From Macrostomum lignano (Eukaryota): a DNA stretch of 64,000 bases. The stretch is taken from the NCBI GenBank assembly GCA_002269645.1, contig NIVC01000030.1, positions 26,570 to 90,569 on the forward strand, read 5' to 3'. Every line of letters starts with the position of its first letter. Positions within the stretch are counted from its first letter, which is position 1. Below, in pieces: positions 1 through 12,872 of the stretch. Position numbers and translations under genes: made by a program. The notes under the pieces are model-generated. The model was not told where the DNA came from and made no database searches. It saw only the letters and a list, made by a program, of their open reading frames with translations.

Positions 1-754
1 GAAAAGTAATGAACTGGAACTGGGATCAATATGGAGGTAGAAAAGTCTGGAGGCTCACATATTTACACGGAAGAAGTATAAAAAAGATTGTCCAATAACT
101 TTCTATACAGTCCTCACGCATTCACCTAACAAGCGCGGCACTGGATAAGATCTGTACGAACAATGGCAGGCATCCACTGCAAGTACGGGCGCATAGTTTT
201 ATGATCAAAGTTTCCGCGCAATTCTCACCTATACTTATAGCTAGTGTGTCAAGCCTATATCTGGCGTGAAACCATTGCCAGATTCTCACTGTTCTACATC
301 GCAGTTCCTTCCTTACTGACTTAAGCAACAAAGCTTTGTGCCAAGCCTGAGAACAACTGTATTTCTTATCAACTGTAAGCCAGCAGCGTATTAACCAGCT
401 CTATAGGCTTCTGCCTAAAGAAGCAGCAATTGGGTAAAAGTTGGCCCTCCAAAATTACATTGTTGCACCCACGTCTGCCATCCTCGCGACCTATTGTTAT
501 TCACCTATCGCCTGCGCTCTCCGATCTGTCTATCAAACCGTGGCTTAAGCTGCCTTGTTCTATCCCATCCCCAAAGAAGCTTCAGCTCCCCATCCCAGTG
601 CTCCTGCTGCTCCTACTCTTTAGAGCGGAAAAAGGAAACCTTGGGCAAGGAGCGAATAAAAGCCAATGCCAGTCTGTTAGAGGAAAGAAGCTAAAAAAAT
701 TATATTGGCGTATTCAGCGACTGACAGAGTCTTTGGTACTGAGTCAGTGTAGCT

Positions 755-3143
755 ATGCAAAACACAGCACCAAGTGAAAAAATGTGGCAGGCCAGCAAAA
801 GCCAAGCTTCATCAAGTATCGTTGAAGCTGGTCAGCAACAGCAGGTGCTGCTTGGTCAGACTGGAGTCGAAGATGGACTGCAGCAGCAACAATCGATGAG
901 GTAATTAGTGAGGCTGTCAATAGGTATTTTTTATTTTTTCAAAGAAAGATCGATCATGCAAAAACCCATAGACAACTAATTTGTAGTATACAGGATGTAA
1001 AAGTGGATTACCATCATTGCTTTAATAATACCTCGAAGAGTTTATGCAACTACAGGTATACAATACAATTATTTGCATTTTATGAATCGAGGGGTTGAAG
1101 GCTAGTAGTTAAAGCGTAGGTCTCACGACTGAAGGGTCGGGGGTTCGATTCTCGAATCCACTTCAGAACAATTTGTGTCCTTGAGCCAGACACTTGACTC
1201 ATGCTTCGCTTCAGTTCACCCACCCAGCTGTAAAATGGCTGCCAGCAATAGCTGGGAAAATTGAGGGTGTGTGTGGCGGCCCCCAGTCCTTGGACTGAAC
1301 AGCCGTAGCTACGCAGCCTTCAGATGTGCCGCTCAATAGCTGCGGCTGAGCTGTCAGTTACCTGCCATTAGGGCGGGTGCAATCAATTATATATCATAAT
1401 TGTCATATGAATCGATGAGATCATATTGCATCATCCGCCTATTCAGATCGCAACCCGGGGGTCAACAACCGTCTCCTGAGTCTGATTTAACGCCAGGCAA
1501 CCCACGTTCTGAGCAGCAGCAGCAGCAGCAGCAGAAGCAGAAAAAGCGCTTGTCAGACCAGGTGGCCAGCCTTTACGATTGGTCGTTAGGCATTCGCAGC
1601 TGCGTTCAGGTGCAAAATTACGCCCCGACCGCGTCGTTGCGACACCGGTTCCCAGTGAGAAAACTCGGCGACGCGGCCGGACTGCAAGGTTTTAGACGTT
1701 CTAAGCGAAGTCAAGGCGAAGAATTGAATGGAACCACCGGTTTTAACTGGTTTTCTGCTATTAACAAAGCGACTGCTACTGCTGATTTCATGGAGGTACG
1801 ATTTTCTGTGTAATATAAAATTAGAAATACTTGTTTACAGCTTTGTATGCTGGTTTCATAGATTAGAAATGAGATGTTAACTGAAGAGTCCAACTGGAAT
1901 GTAATCCACAATTTAAAAACAACCGAAAATTCTAGTCGACAGGATGTCGCGATTGCAATCACCATTTTTTCCAGAGCCTTACAATACGAGCTACTTATAT
2001 TCAGGTGCTTAATTTGACTCAACCTATAAACTTTTCAATAATTTTTCTCGAGTTCTGAGTTTTACAAACCATATCAACTTCCGGCCGGATGCTTCTAAAA
2101 ATGATCTAGGAACGCTTGCTCGCGACAGTTTCCTAGAAATGACCACTTTTTTAAAGTGGTAAAAAATCCTGAATAAGGATGAGCTTCCAGCTCAAGGCAA
2201 TGTTTCAGAGCATGGACAGACTTTGTTTTAACGCTTTGAGAATAAAGAAAGTGCATAAATGAACCTGTAGTTCTTCGATTTTTTAATCTAAAAACATCGT
2301 AAAAGGTCTTCAGAGTTTGATGGGGTTTAACACAGGCCTGCCGAAAAAAATGTCAAAACGCCTGATGTCTGAAGTGTTAGAAGCTTTTGATCAGGAAGTG
2401 AGCGTTTTATAAAGTGGCGTCGAAATTCCGCTTACTGTGGAGATTTTCTTGAAAATGGTTTGACTTTGGTCCAATAGTCCAGTGTACCTTTAGGGCCGCC
2501 AAGTCGAGAACTGGTTTTCGTCTTACACGCAGAGAAATCCATTAATATTATATGAACTTCTGAAAAGTTGAAGCCTCAATCGACAAAAAAACTTCTGAGT
2601 AAACTAACTAAAAACGCGCTCTAATCGCAGACGCAATCAACCTTAGCCTCGGGTGAGCAGGCGAAACCAGCTCAGCAGGGCGGTAACAAGACTATTTTTA
2701 GCAGCAAATCGAAATCCGACTCAGTGTCACTACGACTGCTACCAACGCTACGAAGGTTGAACAGCCTAACGCTGCCGCAGGAGTCCAGCCACTATCCTCA
2801 CTACCAGCTGCTTCATCGACACCAGCAGCTGGACCTTCAACAGCAAAACCAGCAGCAACAGACTAACTATCAAATGCTTCAATCCAATCATCGTTTGCGA
2901 ATATGTCGCTGCGTTCGGCATCGCAGGAGACAGATCTACATCAGCCGGCATCGAGGCCCTGTTTGTCTAGTCTGTGGCTTCGTTTTTATTGATGACGCTC
3001 ACGAGGATGGCGCGGCCGGTGGTGCTAAAGAAGGTGCACAAGCCGACGATGGCGCTAATCTGCTGAGGCCATTGAGGGCGCCGCCAACTACGCCTAATGG
3101 AAGAGCATCCGCAACCAATGATGATGGATTCGACGATCAATGA
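755..3143 (+). CDS. Unidentified multi-exon gene encoding a Q-rich low-complexity protein; middle exons only partly resolved
   Basis: Exon 755-900 (MQNTAPSEKMWQ...QQQQSMR, donor GTAATT) joins in phase 2 to exon 1449-1795 (acceptor ATTCAG, donor GTACGA). Further candidate exons are 1862-2004, 2060-2158 and about 2311-2397, with a terminal open frame of about 2631-3143 ending in TGA. No family recognised. Confidence 0.5.
1091..1405 (+). mobile_element. tRNA-derived SINE family A with a CORE-like central domain, inserted in an intron
   Basis: A-box-like GGCTAGTAGTTAAAG and B box GGTTCGATTC, then GTGTCCTTGAGCCAGACACTT...CAGCTGTAAAATGG resembling the MIR/CORE domain. A 10-bp TSD TATGAATCGA lies at 1081-1090 and 1406-1415. 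Second copy at about 53781-54058. Confidence 0.85.
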
Positions 3144-5609
3144 GTCTGCAGAGACTGAGGAGACAGAGGGCTGAATTTGTCTTACATCTATGCCTAGCTG
3201 CCATTATTTTCATTCCACGTGCCAAGACACTAATGTTTAGAGACTGTCTGTCTGATACCAATCTCCCCCCAAAAATTACGTTCTAATAAAAACTAAATAC
3301 AATTGTAGTATTAACCAACATGAAGCTCGACGAAATGACTGGAGAGCAACGTTTTGCCACCACTTGGACATGGCCTCATCCACCAGAGTACGTGGGGCCG
3401 GTGCTTTCACAAGGTCGAAATTTCAACATCGAAGACTTCATAAGGTCAAAATTTTACAAGATCGAAATTTCACAACGACGAAAAATTAATATAACAAGAA
3501 CTATGCAGTAGTTTTCTACATTTTCTACGACGTTGTGAAATTTTGAGTTTGTGAAACACCCCCCCCCTCCCCAGTACGCGCAGAAGATTGGGCGGCCTAC
3601 CAAAAGACCGTGGCGTCCACCACGATACAATATAAGGCTCCCACCAAGAGACAGTAAGGGCCACCTTCGAAAAAACCAAATCTACTATAAAATTGGTGTC
3701 TCTTTAGGTTTGCGGCCTCTTCAAAGATACATAAAAATGCATGTGATGTAATTATAAGAATTATGTGCATCTGAAGGAATCCGATCAAGTAAATACTTTC
3801 TAGCTGACCCCGCATCGTTTCTTAGATTCTACAGAATGCTTATTAAGCTATACTGTTTATTTAATTGCTGAGAGTAGAGTACTGCAGGATTCAGGGAAAT
3901 TTATTGAATTGTCTCAATTTTCCCGTACTGAATTGTCAGTTAAATTCAGGTGAACTTTACACTACAATTACTTTGTACGAGTACATATAACTTAGGTACA
4001 CTGTATCACTGTATACTGTATATATACACTGTATAGCTACTATATACACTGTATAGCTATATACAGTGGTCCTTGTGCCGCAGCTGAGATGAGCGCTACG
4101 TGTGCAGTTTTTCAGCAGGACATTACGAAAAAATTTAAATTTTAAATAAAATAAATAACTTACCAATTTTATGATACATGGAATTTTTGTTCACGCAATG
4201 CAACAAAAGAACCATGCTAGAAAAACTAAAAGTTACCGTTGTACAACACCTGCAGCCAGCGTCCTACAAGCAAATTAATAAATATACATTATGTGGCGTA
4301 CATGTAATTTCAGATTAATTTTCTCTAGTTATAGTCCAGGTCTCTAGCTAGAAACTGTACATGCCCATGTAATATAACGCAGCTTAATTATACGAACTGT
4401 ACATTTTTAATTCATATATCAAGAACAACATCAGCTATATCACAGCACATTCGCTTAACATATTGAAGCGGCTTGCGAGTGGTAGCTAGTATAGCAAGCG
4501 AGCAAAAATATCTTGTGTATATATTTGTTCAGCATTATAGTTATTTATACATAACGAGAATTAGGGAGTTATGAGTCAGATCGAACTGGCTGGCTGGGCA
4601 AAACTCCCCAGCAGCCAGGCGTGCAGGGGCCTGTGTACAGGTGGGCCCCGCTCTCGGCCATGCACCAGTCTGGCCGCCACAATATATATTGTTATGGCTT
4701 TTCACATAACGCGTTTCTCTTTCTAATGGTAAAAGTAGAACATGTTAAAGTGGGCTTATCCCAAAATCACATGTGATAGAAAAACAATAATAAAAAATAT
4801 ACATGTACACTAATTAAAAAAGTTTTTATGTTTTATTTAACGTTTGTTAAAGTGACTTCTACGAAAACTACGATTCTTGGATAATTGTCAAAACTCGCTC
4901 CAAAGCAAACTTCATCCACATTTTTTACTCCTAAGCATTTCCAATCCATAAAACTCTACTGTCGCTCAAATTTAATTTAGCTCGGTACTTAATTTTCCCA
5001 TTGCAATCAGAACAAGCTGTTTAGAGTGGTATTACCATTATTGTGATACTATACTAAACAACAAAGAAGTTATCAACTTATTAGCTGGATCAACTCACTG
5101 AGGTCTGAGAACCTGACCTGACTAAACTATTCTTTATTCGGTAGCGTTTGTCAAAAAAACATCTTAGCGACTAAGGATGGATCCAGTGAGTAAAGCTGTA
5201 TGCATTTTCGAAACACACTTCCTCACCTCCACTTATTTATTCTTTTAAATTTAGTTCATTATTTATTTATTTAATTTTAGTTATTCTTTAACTAATTTAG
5301 GCCTAGTTAAATATAATATAATATAGTATAGTAACTTTTACTTTATACAGATTAATTTCAAAACTCAGTGTGCTCAATGGAGCCTACATGGCGAGATGCT
5401 TTTAAAGTATCTTGATGATAGGCCTATATAGGCTATATATATTTAATAATTTATATTTACAATAATTAAAGATGTCCTTGACCTTATTGGCTTATATATA
5501 GGGCTAGGCCTATATATCCTTATATTTTTTAGCCTTGTATATAATATAATTGGCAATCCTTTGGTTTATGATCACTATCTATTTTGCCAATTTTGGTTTA
5601 TGATCACTA

Positions 5610-7402
5610 GTGTTCCGCTATAACCATAGTTAGGATCATGTCATGGTATACGCCGGAATAAAAAGTCCCCTAAAAAATCTATGCCACTTCATACTGAAAT
5701 GTACGCCAAGATCCTAGGAATTTACGCCAGGTTTTCTAGGCTTTGCAACAATAAATGACCTTTTTTGCATATTACACATTTTTTAACAATAAAAATTTAA
5801 CAAATGTGTGGTTTTCCTTTAAAGTAAATTGGCTTACAGATAATGCCAACAAAAATCAATTTTTTGTTTAAGTATTTTTAGAAAATTAACACAATTAGTT
5901 TGCGTGGAATTTTAAATTTTTATAAATCACAAATAGTTATGAACTTTCATCTTACAAGTTTTACGGTTTTTATGATTTTATAATAAGATTCTGAGATTAC
6001 GGCGTTATGCCAACAATTGTTAATATTAACTTTAGTGTGAAGGTTGGAGTTGGCATACACTGCTTGGTGTATTTACGCCATGGCATCACGCCAAAAGTAC
6101 GCCAAATATATTTTGCCTCATTTTTTATGCCAATTGTACGCCAAAAAAAGTAAAATTTTCAATTGTATGCTAGAAATTTCTGGCGTAATATACATTATCC
6201 TGACTATGGCGCTGTAAGGAGGGTCCATGTACCATAGCCACCACAGTTTGGATCGTGTAGTAGTGACACTGGAACAAGAATCCTATCTCAGCTAAATGTA
6301 CGCCAGTGTACACCAAAAACAAAAAAATTCCCTAAACTATATGCCAAAAATTCTTCCTTCTTTAAAAAAGGTCATTCAGTTTTCACAAGTAGAGTTTTCT
6401 AAGAAAGGCTTTCATACAAAAATTCTTTTAAATATTATAAATATTTTTATTTTAAACAAACATAAATTAAACCTACAGAAAAAGAATGTAAAATTTACAT
6501 TCTTAGCAATAGTTTACACAAGTTTTATTCATTTTTAATTTTAATAAAAGCAAAAAGTTTATCACTGACTTTCTAGACTATACAAATTTTCCTTCAATTT
6601 ATGTAAAAACTAAAAAGGGTTAATTTACATTACAATTTTTATATACGGCATGAATTTATTCACCAAAATTGGTATGCCAAAAATTTCTTGAGCTCAGTGG
6701 TATGCCAAAGTGGTATGCCAAAATAGCCACACTTTTCAATGGTACGCTAGAAAATTCTGGCTTACATGTAACCTTCTTGAGTGTGGCATAGCCGTAGCAA
6801 TAAGCAAAACTATGGCTTACTCCAATTCTCTGTATTCCATAGCTGTAGGGACCCCAAAATTACCATATTCCCATAGTTCCTATAGCTGTAGCCATAGTTT
6901 TAACAAAATTCAAAAAGTCTAAAAAAACAAAATATTTTGAATCAAAAAGATAACCTAGTGCTTAAACAACTGCAAATTAAATTAGAAAATAAAAGAAACA
7001 CTTAATTGTCTTTGTAAGATTATGTTTCGTCTTTTTTCAGAGCAACAATACTTACTTGTTATTGAAAGTACTAACGCTAAACTTTTTCACATTAATAAAA
7101 ATTAGAGTTTGCTAGTGTTTTATTATACTTATTAGGTATATTTTATAAGTTTTTAGGTTGATAATACAGTTTACTGAAAGTGTCTTTGTTTTACTCTAAC
7201 TGTTTCTAATATTTTTTCAATTTTAACATTAATGACTATAGCTATGGGAATCTACGGAATGTGACAGCAACTACCATATTTCCGTAGTCATAGCCATAAA
7301 AGCAGCTAGCTACCATGGGCATATCCGTAGCTATTGTAGGCACCTATTTTACCGTATTTGCTGTAGGATCCCTTAGCCATAGCTACGGCTACGGCGGAAC
7401 AC
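5610..7402. mobile_element. Non-autonomous TIR DNA element inserted at a TA
   Basis: Left TA|GTGTTCCGC (5608-5618), right GCGGAACAC|TA (7394-7404). It interrupts a short TTTGGTTTATGATCAC tandem array that resumes at about 7421. The interior is AT-rich and non-coding with many TACGCCA and CCATAGC sub-repeats. Confidence 0.6.
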
Positions 7403-8871
7403 TAACTATCATCTATTTTTCTAGTTTTGGTTTATGATCACCTTATATTCTGCTTATTGCAATGCAAAAATGGCATATTCAAAACTAAGACATAAAAACC
7501 AACAGTAGTTTCAAATGAAAAGAAAGCAAAAGTTTGCTGATCAACTAACTTTGTTTATTTGAAATTGAAAAGATTTGTACATCTTCACTAGTTTAGCTTA
7601 TAATATCACCTTTGGTTTACGATCATTTAAAGCTGACTGTAGGAAAGCATGTCAATGCTAGCTTAGTATAATTAATCTTCAGTGCCATACCCCCCTCACT
7701 TTCAGTTTACGATCACTTCTACACATACACTCCATTGAAATGATCATAAACCAAAGCTGGCTGTAGGAAAGCATGTCAACCCTTGGCCTTAGTATACTTT
7801 ATTATGGCCAGCTTCAGTTCACAATCATTTTGGGCAACATATGTTTGGGTGATCGTAAACTAAAGGTGAAATATAAGGTGGTACGACAATCTTACCATCT
7901 TTTGAAATAAACAAAGTCAGTTCGCCAACATTTGATTTTGTTTCATTAGAAACTATGGATTTTATGTCCTACAACTGTTTTTTGTGGTGATTGTCACTGT
8001 TTAAGGTGATTGTCACTATTTAAGATTGTCACTATTTGGGGTGATTGTAAACCAAAGGAATGCCTAATCTTTAATCTTTATTTTCTATATTAGTCTTATA
8101 TCTATAATGGTTGTATTTCTGATCAAATGGTGCAAGTTTGAACAAAATTGGTTGAGCCATTTGGGAGATAATCGATTGCGCATAAGCACACATACAAACA
8201 ACTCATTTTTAGTATATGGATCTATAATGGTTGTATATATAACCTAGGCTCTAAATACAAGTACCTAGCAATGTTGAGCAAAGTTCTAGCATTTTTGACG
8301 TAGTAGTGGAAGTTACTTTTTTTAAAGTGGCATTTTTCTGGTTGTTTTTTAAAATGCTAGACTAATGCTAGGTAATGGAAGTGAGACAATCCTCTAGTTT
8401 TGCAGATTTAATTATTCTTTTGAATTTAACAACTTTTAAACAAAGTTAGCAATAGTAATAATAGTTAGTTAGTAAATAATAGTTAGCAAGTTTGTTATAT
8501 CACATTTGGTTGCACCAAACAGAAAAATATATTGCCAAAGGTATTACCTAGGTGGCTACAGCACCATAGAAACTTGTTTAGATGGGTATTGAATAGGGCC
8601 TTAGATGCACTATGCATGTAACAGTAAATGGTAATATAAGTAAATAAAAGTTTATTACAAATAACAATTTTGTTAGTTTGTGGTTACATTTGTAAGACAG
8701 AAAACAGATAGGGAAGCAACCTAGAGCAACCTAGCAGCAAAAAAGTTTAAACTTAACATAATACTCTGCAACATTGAGAAGTAGCCATCACAGAAGATTC
8801 CATCTGTGGCTGCAACTTTTGAGAGTACAAGTAAATTTGGTCTTTGCAAGTGACACAACTAACTATGCAAC

Positions 8872-10680
8872 TTAACATTGCATACTTATGCTGAGGAATG
8901 AAGTAGGGAAGCCGTGTGCAAAGGCTAGACAGATTAAAGCTACCTTCAGTTTTCTTGTATCGTTAGTTTCAGGATAGTAAATAGTACAAGAGAAATTACT
9001 CACTGGCGCATAGAGTGGCAACTTTTCAATGTTGCTGCATGAGTATTTGAGTATCGGTAATATACCCAAAAGATGAATAAAAATGATATCATATCCATTT
9101 TTACATAGTACAAGAGTACATAAAATAGTAAATAGCAAAATTAATATAGTATATCAACCAGCTCATAGGATCAATATCAGTGGGAATGTTAAATAATGGC
9201 CACTTTGAGAGGTGACATTGGCACAATTCATGTCATTTCTTATACTGGTTGTGTTGTACATACAAAGAAATCGCCTTATCATGTTCAAAATCTATTATTA
9301 TAGGCACAGCAAAAGAAACAGTAAAATCAGCAGGAATATAGATAAAATGCCCCTTAAGTAGATTAGCATTTATAGTAACAAAAAACTAGGAGTCAATGTG
9401 TAAATAGGACACATTCAGCTTACAATGGCTACTACATTGGGAACTACATTGTATTTCACTGAAGCCTGCACGCTAACAAAAGTATTGCACATTGTTAAAG
9501 GCAAAGCACTCACAATAGTAGTTTCCCTTGTGGCAGATGATACTGTTGATCCGTAAGAACATTCTCTGACTACAAAGTTGAGCCACAGCTAAGTAGTTAG
9601 CATTTTTTTATATGCTTGTCAGCACGCAGTGTCATAAAGGTGTTACCATTTACAAATATTTGATGTTGATGGTCACTTTCAGAAGTCCTTGATGCACCAA
9701 GATTTGGATTCAAGCCAGCACTATCTCTAGTTTTCTGCTTTCATTGAAGAAAATTTCTTATCATAATTGCTACCTCATTTCTCGTCCCATGAATCTTAGA
9801 GACCAAACGCCCAAAAAAGCTTTCAAATAAAGCTGCTGAGGTATACCACAAAGGTCCATAGGCCTTCACTTGCGATGGAAGATGCTCCAGGGCATGAATT
9901 GACATTGTGCAAGACTCTGCACCAAACCATGCAGCAAGAGTAGCTTGAAAACAATAAATCATGCACTCCATTAATGGCAGTTGATCGCGCTGAACATAGT
10001 CAGATGATAGTAAATAAGTTGCCATTAAAATGAGAGACAACAAAACAGAAGCTGTTTTGAAGCACCCAAGATGAGCAATAGTGGAACAATAAAATACAGA
10101 AGTGCATTCTTGAGTTCACTCGCTTTCCAGTGTGCAAGATCATAGAGAGTTCTAGGTTTTCTAGTAAAATGTTGAGGCACCTTAATATTTACGAGCTTAG
10201 CAGACACAGCAGTCCTATCTAGCAACTTTTTCCTGATTCCAAAGTAGATCATTTTGCTGCAAACATTAATGTACACCAAGTGCATTACATCAAGTGGGGC
10301 TCTTTCTGGAACTCTGAGCAGCTCAGAAAGTAGTGTCTCACCTTTGACACCTAAATGGCCTTCCTGGTGAAAGGTTATAATAATTCATATCATTCGGCAT
10401 TAAATATGTCTCCTCAACAAGCCTATAACAATCTTGAAAAAGTTAAAGTTACTTTTGGAGAATTTGAAAAAAAGAAAAAGAAGCCATCCAACTCAAGTGG
10501 ATAAAGTTTTAGTTCATTTCCGCCATCGTATTTTAGGTAAACTTCATCAATTATTCCATTCAGTATATGCTGTTTTATTATCTCTGAATTTTTAGCAACA
10601 GTCTCAAAAGTATCATTAACAGAAAACTTGTAAACAGGGTTCATTTTTTAGTAACAAAAAAACGCTCTTTTCAGACCCTT
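8872..10680 (-). pseudogene. Decayed CACTA/EnSpm (CMC)-type transposase
   Basis: Collinear fragments carry family motifs: GVKGETLLSELLRVPERAPLDVMH, FTRKPRTLYDLAHWKASELKNALLY and HALEHLPSQVKAYGPLWYTSAALFESFFGRL. They are separated by stops and frameshifts. Confidence 0.8.
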
Positions 10681-10780
10681 TGCACCTGCAGCATGGGCGG
10701 CAGGTTAGAGAGAGTTTGTGTGTGATTGGAAGTGTTTGAAGTGTTATGGGAGATGGAAGTGTTGGGGTGTATCTTAATGT

Positions 10781-11039
10781 AGTAGTATGTAAAAGTACAT
10801 TTATAGGACTGTGCACCTATCAAACATTTGAAGGGCTGGAGGGGGATACGAGGGGGAGGATTTTGTTAAGCAAACTAAATTGGCTATGTTAATTGTGTTT
10901 TTGGTTTTTCCCGATTGTTGTGGGTGATTGGATGTGTTTATTTGTGTTTTTTATCCCCCCTCGTATCCCCTCTCTAGCCCTTCAAATGTGCTGTTTGATA
11001 GGAGGCATCTGTCCTAGAAGCGTACTTTTACATACTACT
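10781..11039. mobile_element. Foldback MITE-like element with inverted arms of about 80 bp
   Basis: AGTAGTATGTAAAAGTAC...CCTATCAAAC...ATTTGAAGGGCTGGAGGGGGATACGAGGGG (10781-10860) is mirrored in reverse complement at about 10953-11039. Confidence 0.7.
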
Positions 11040-11771
11040 GTTGCCCAAAAATAAGATAAATAAATGATAGCACAACTCTTGGTTAATTATTAAAAAAACT
11101 AGGCATAACTAACTATAATGAATTTTAAATTCTGCATAAAGAAACAATGAATGATGAATTTATTTTTAGAGATATTTTCTATATCCTAATAATAAATAAA
11201 TTTATAAGCAACAGTTACAAAAATATGTTAAATGTCATATGGCTAATTGAAAATACATTTAATTTCTAGCACCTCAATGGAAAGAATAAATAAGCAACAG
11301 TTACAAAAAGATGTTAATAGTTCAAATTCCCACCTCTACTAAATGCTAGAATACACTAGTGTCATATTGAGTATAGTAGGATATAATTACTATACCACTT
11401 TTATTTATGGACCTAAAATTTTAGACAGGCACTTATGACTATGGTCTATCTAACCTATTTAGCTACTATACACTATCTAAATGGACATTGCATCTGTCCA
11501 CTTATCAGGCAAATAGAAAAACTATTTAGTAAAAAATATACTAAGTATAAAAACTTAGTGTCAGTGTCAAGTAAAAGAGAATGTCAACTCAACTGTTAGT
11601 GGTAATGCAACCAAAAACAGATAAGGTGTTTTACTTAGCATTTTCATTATTCTTTTGACAATTGATTCCTCGGCAAATTGAAAATGACAGGTTCAATGTT
11701 TTCAGTAGCTTGGTTGCTCCACTGACATTACCAGAAAACTGCTTGCTAGATTCTATAGCTTTCCAAAGCTT

Positions 11772-12470
11772 TCAAGTTTCACTAACATATGATTCTTGAG
11801 CTTTTAGCATCTTGCCATTTAGCTGAATAGACTTAGCTAGCTTATTGTTTAGCTCTTTCAGTTGAAAGACAACTGCACTTTGTACTTCAGGTTGATCATT
11901 TTCCTCATTGCCAAACTGAACTGAACTAGGTTCAATGTCCAATTCACTTCCTTCTTCCTCACTACTAGCATTATCTTGATTCTCATGGCTTGCACCAATA
12001 GTATTAGCATTAGCACCATTAGCACTTGCTACATAGCTACTATCCAAAGCGCTAGAACTAGCCAAATCATCATTGGCATCACTGTGATCTAGTAAGGCCA
12101 AAAGTTCAACTACAGAATTGTCATTTCTTAAGTTAAGTTGGCTTTCCAGCCTTCCTTTCGCTTTAATTAACTTAGACTCTTTAACACTAGCAGCAACCAC
12201 ATGGCCAGAAAAGTTGTTAGTAAGTCTAATAATAGACTTTAGTTCCAGCTTTCTAAGATCAGTACTTCTTAAGTTGGCTGGCAAAAGGCTTGAAGCTGAA
12301 GATATGGCAGAATATGTCTTATCTTCAGGAAAATATAGTAGCACAAATGTAACAATTGACTGAGTTGCAATTTGGCTATCAGTTGGTCTTTTTGATTGCT
12401 GGGATTGCATTGGGTTAAAATCTGAAAATTTGAATGAAGTTAATAATAATAAATATATTAATTTAAACAA
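11772..12470 (-). mobile_element. Probable accessory ORF of the CACTA element, intronless, S/E/N-rich, apparently frameshifted at its 3' end
   Basis: 232-aa ORF directly upstream of the transposase relic and on the same strand. It has VLLYFPEDKTYSAI near the N-terminus followed by an acidic linker and a coiled-coil-like stretch. The assignment rests on position. Confidence 0.5.
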
Positions 12471-12872
12471 TTGTCACTTTTAGATTAGGCCTAATGTCTC
12501 TGTTTTAAAGTCTTAAAGATTTGTTCTGGAAAACCTATATAAAATAGTTAAAGTAAATAGAGAAATATATATATTGCCATTTTAAATACAGTTGAAAAGA
12601 AATACAAATATCTATTGTATTTTGTACATGTAAAACAGACAAGTTTATTATAAATACTAATAGCAATACATGCAAGATGTAGTTTTGATCAAAATTTAAA
12701 AATGTGACAAATCTATTTTAATATTGATTTCTTGAGTCATATACTTGCTAAATTAGGGCTCATTTCCTATACTATTGTGTCTAATTCTAATGTATTCTAA
12801 GTTCTTGAACAAAATATTATATACTTATAAAATTATTAAAAACATTTTTACTTTAAAATTTCACTTTAATAG

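Noticed and set aside
1-720. ORFs 122-331, 430-777 and 494-694
   Set aside because: Short, overlapping and without motifs. The supported exon begins at 755 in a different frame.
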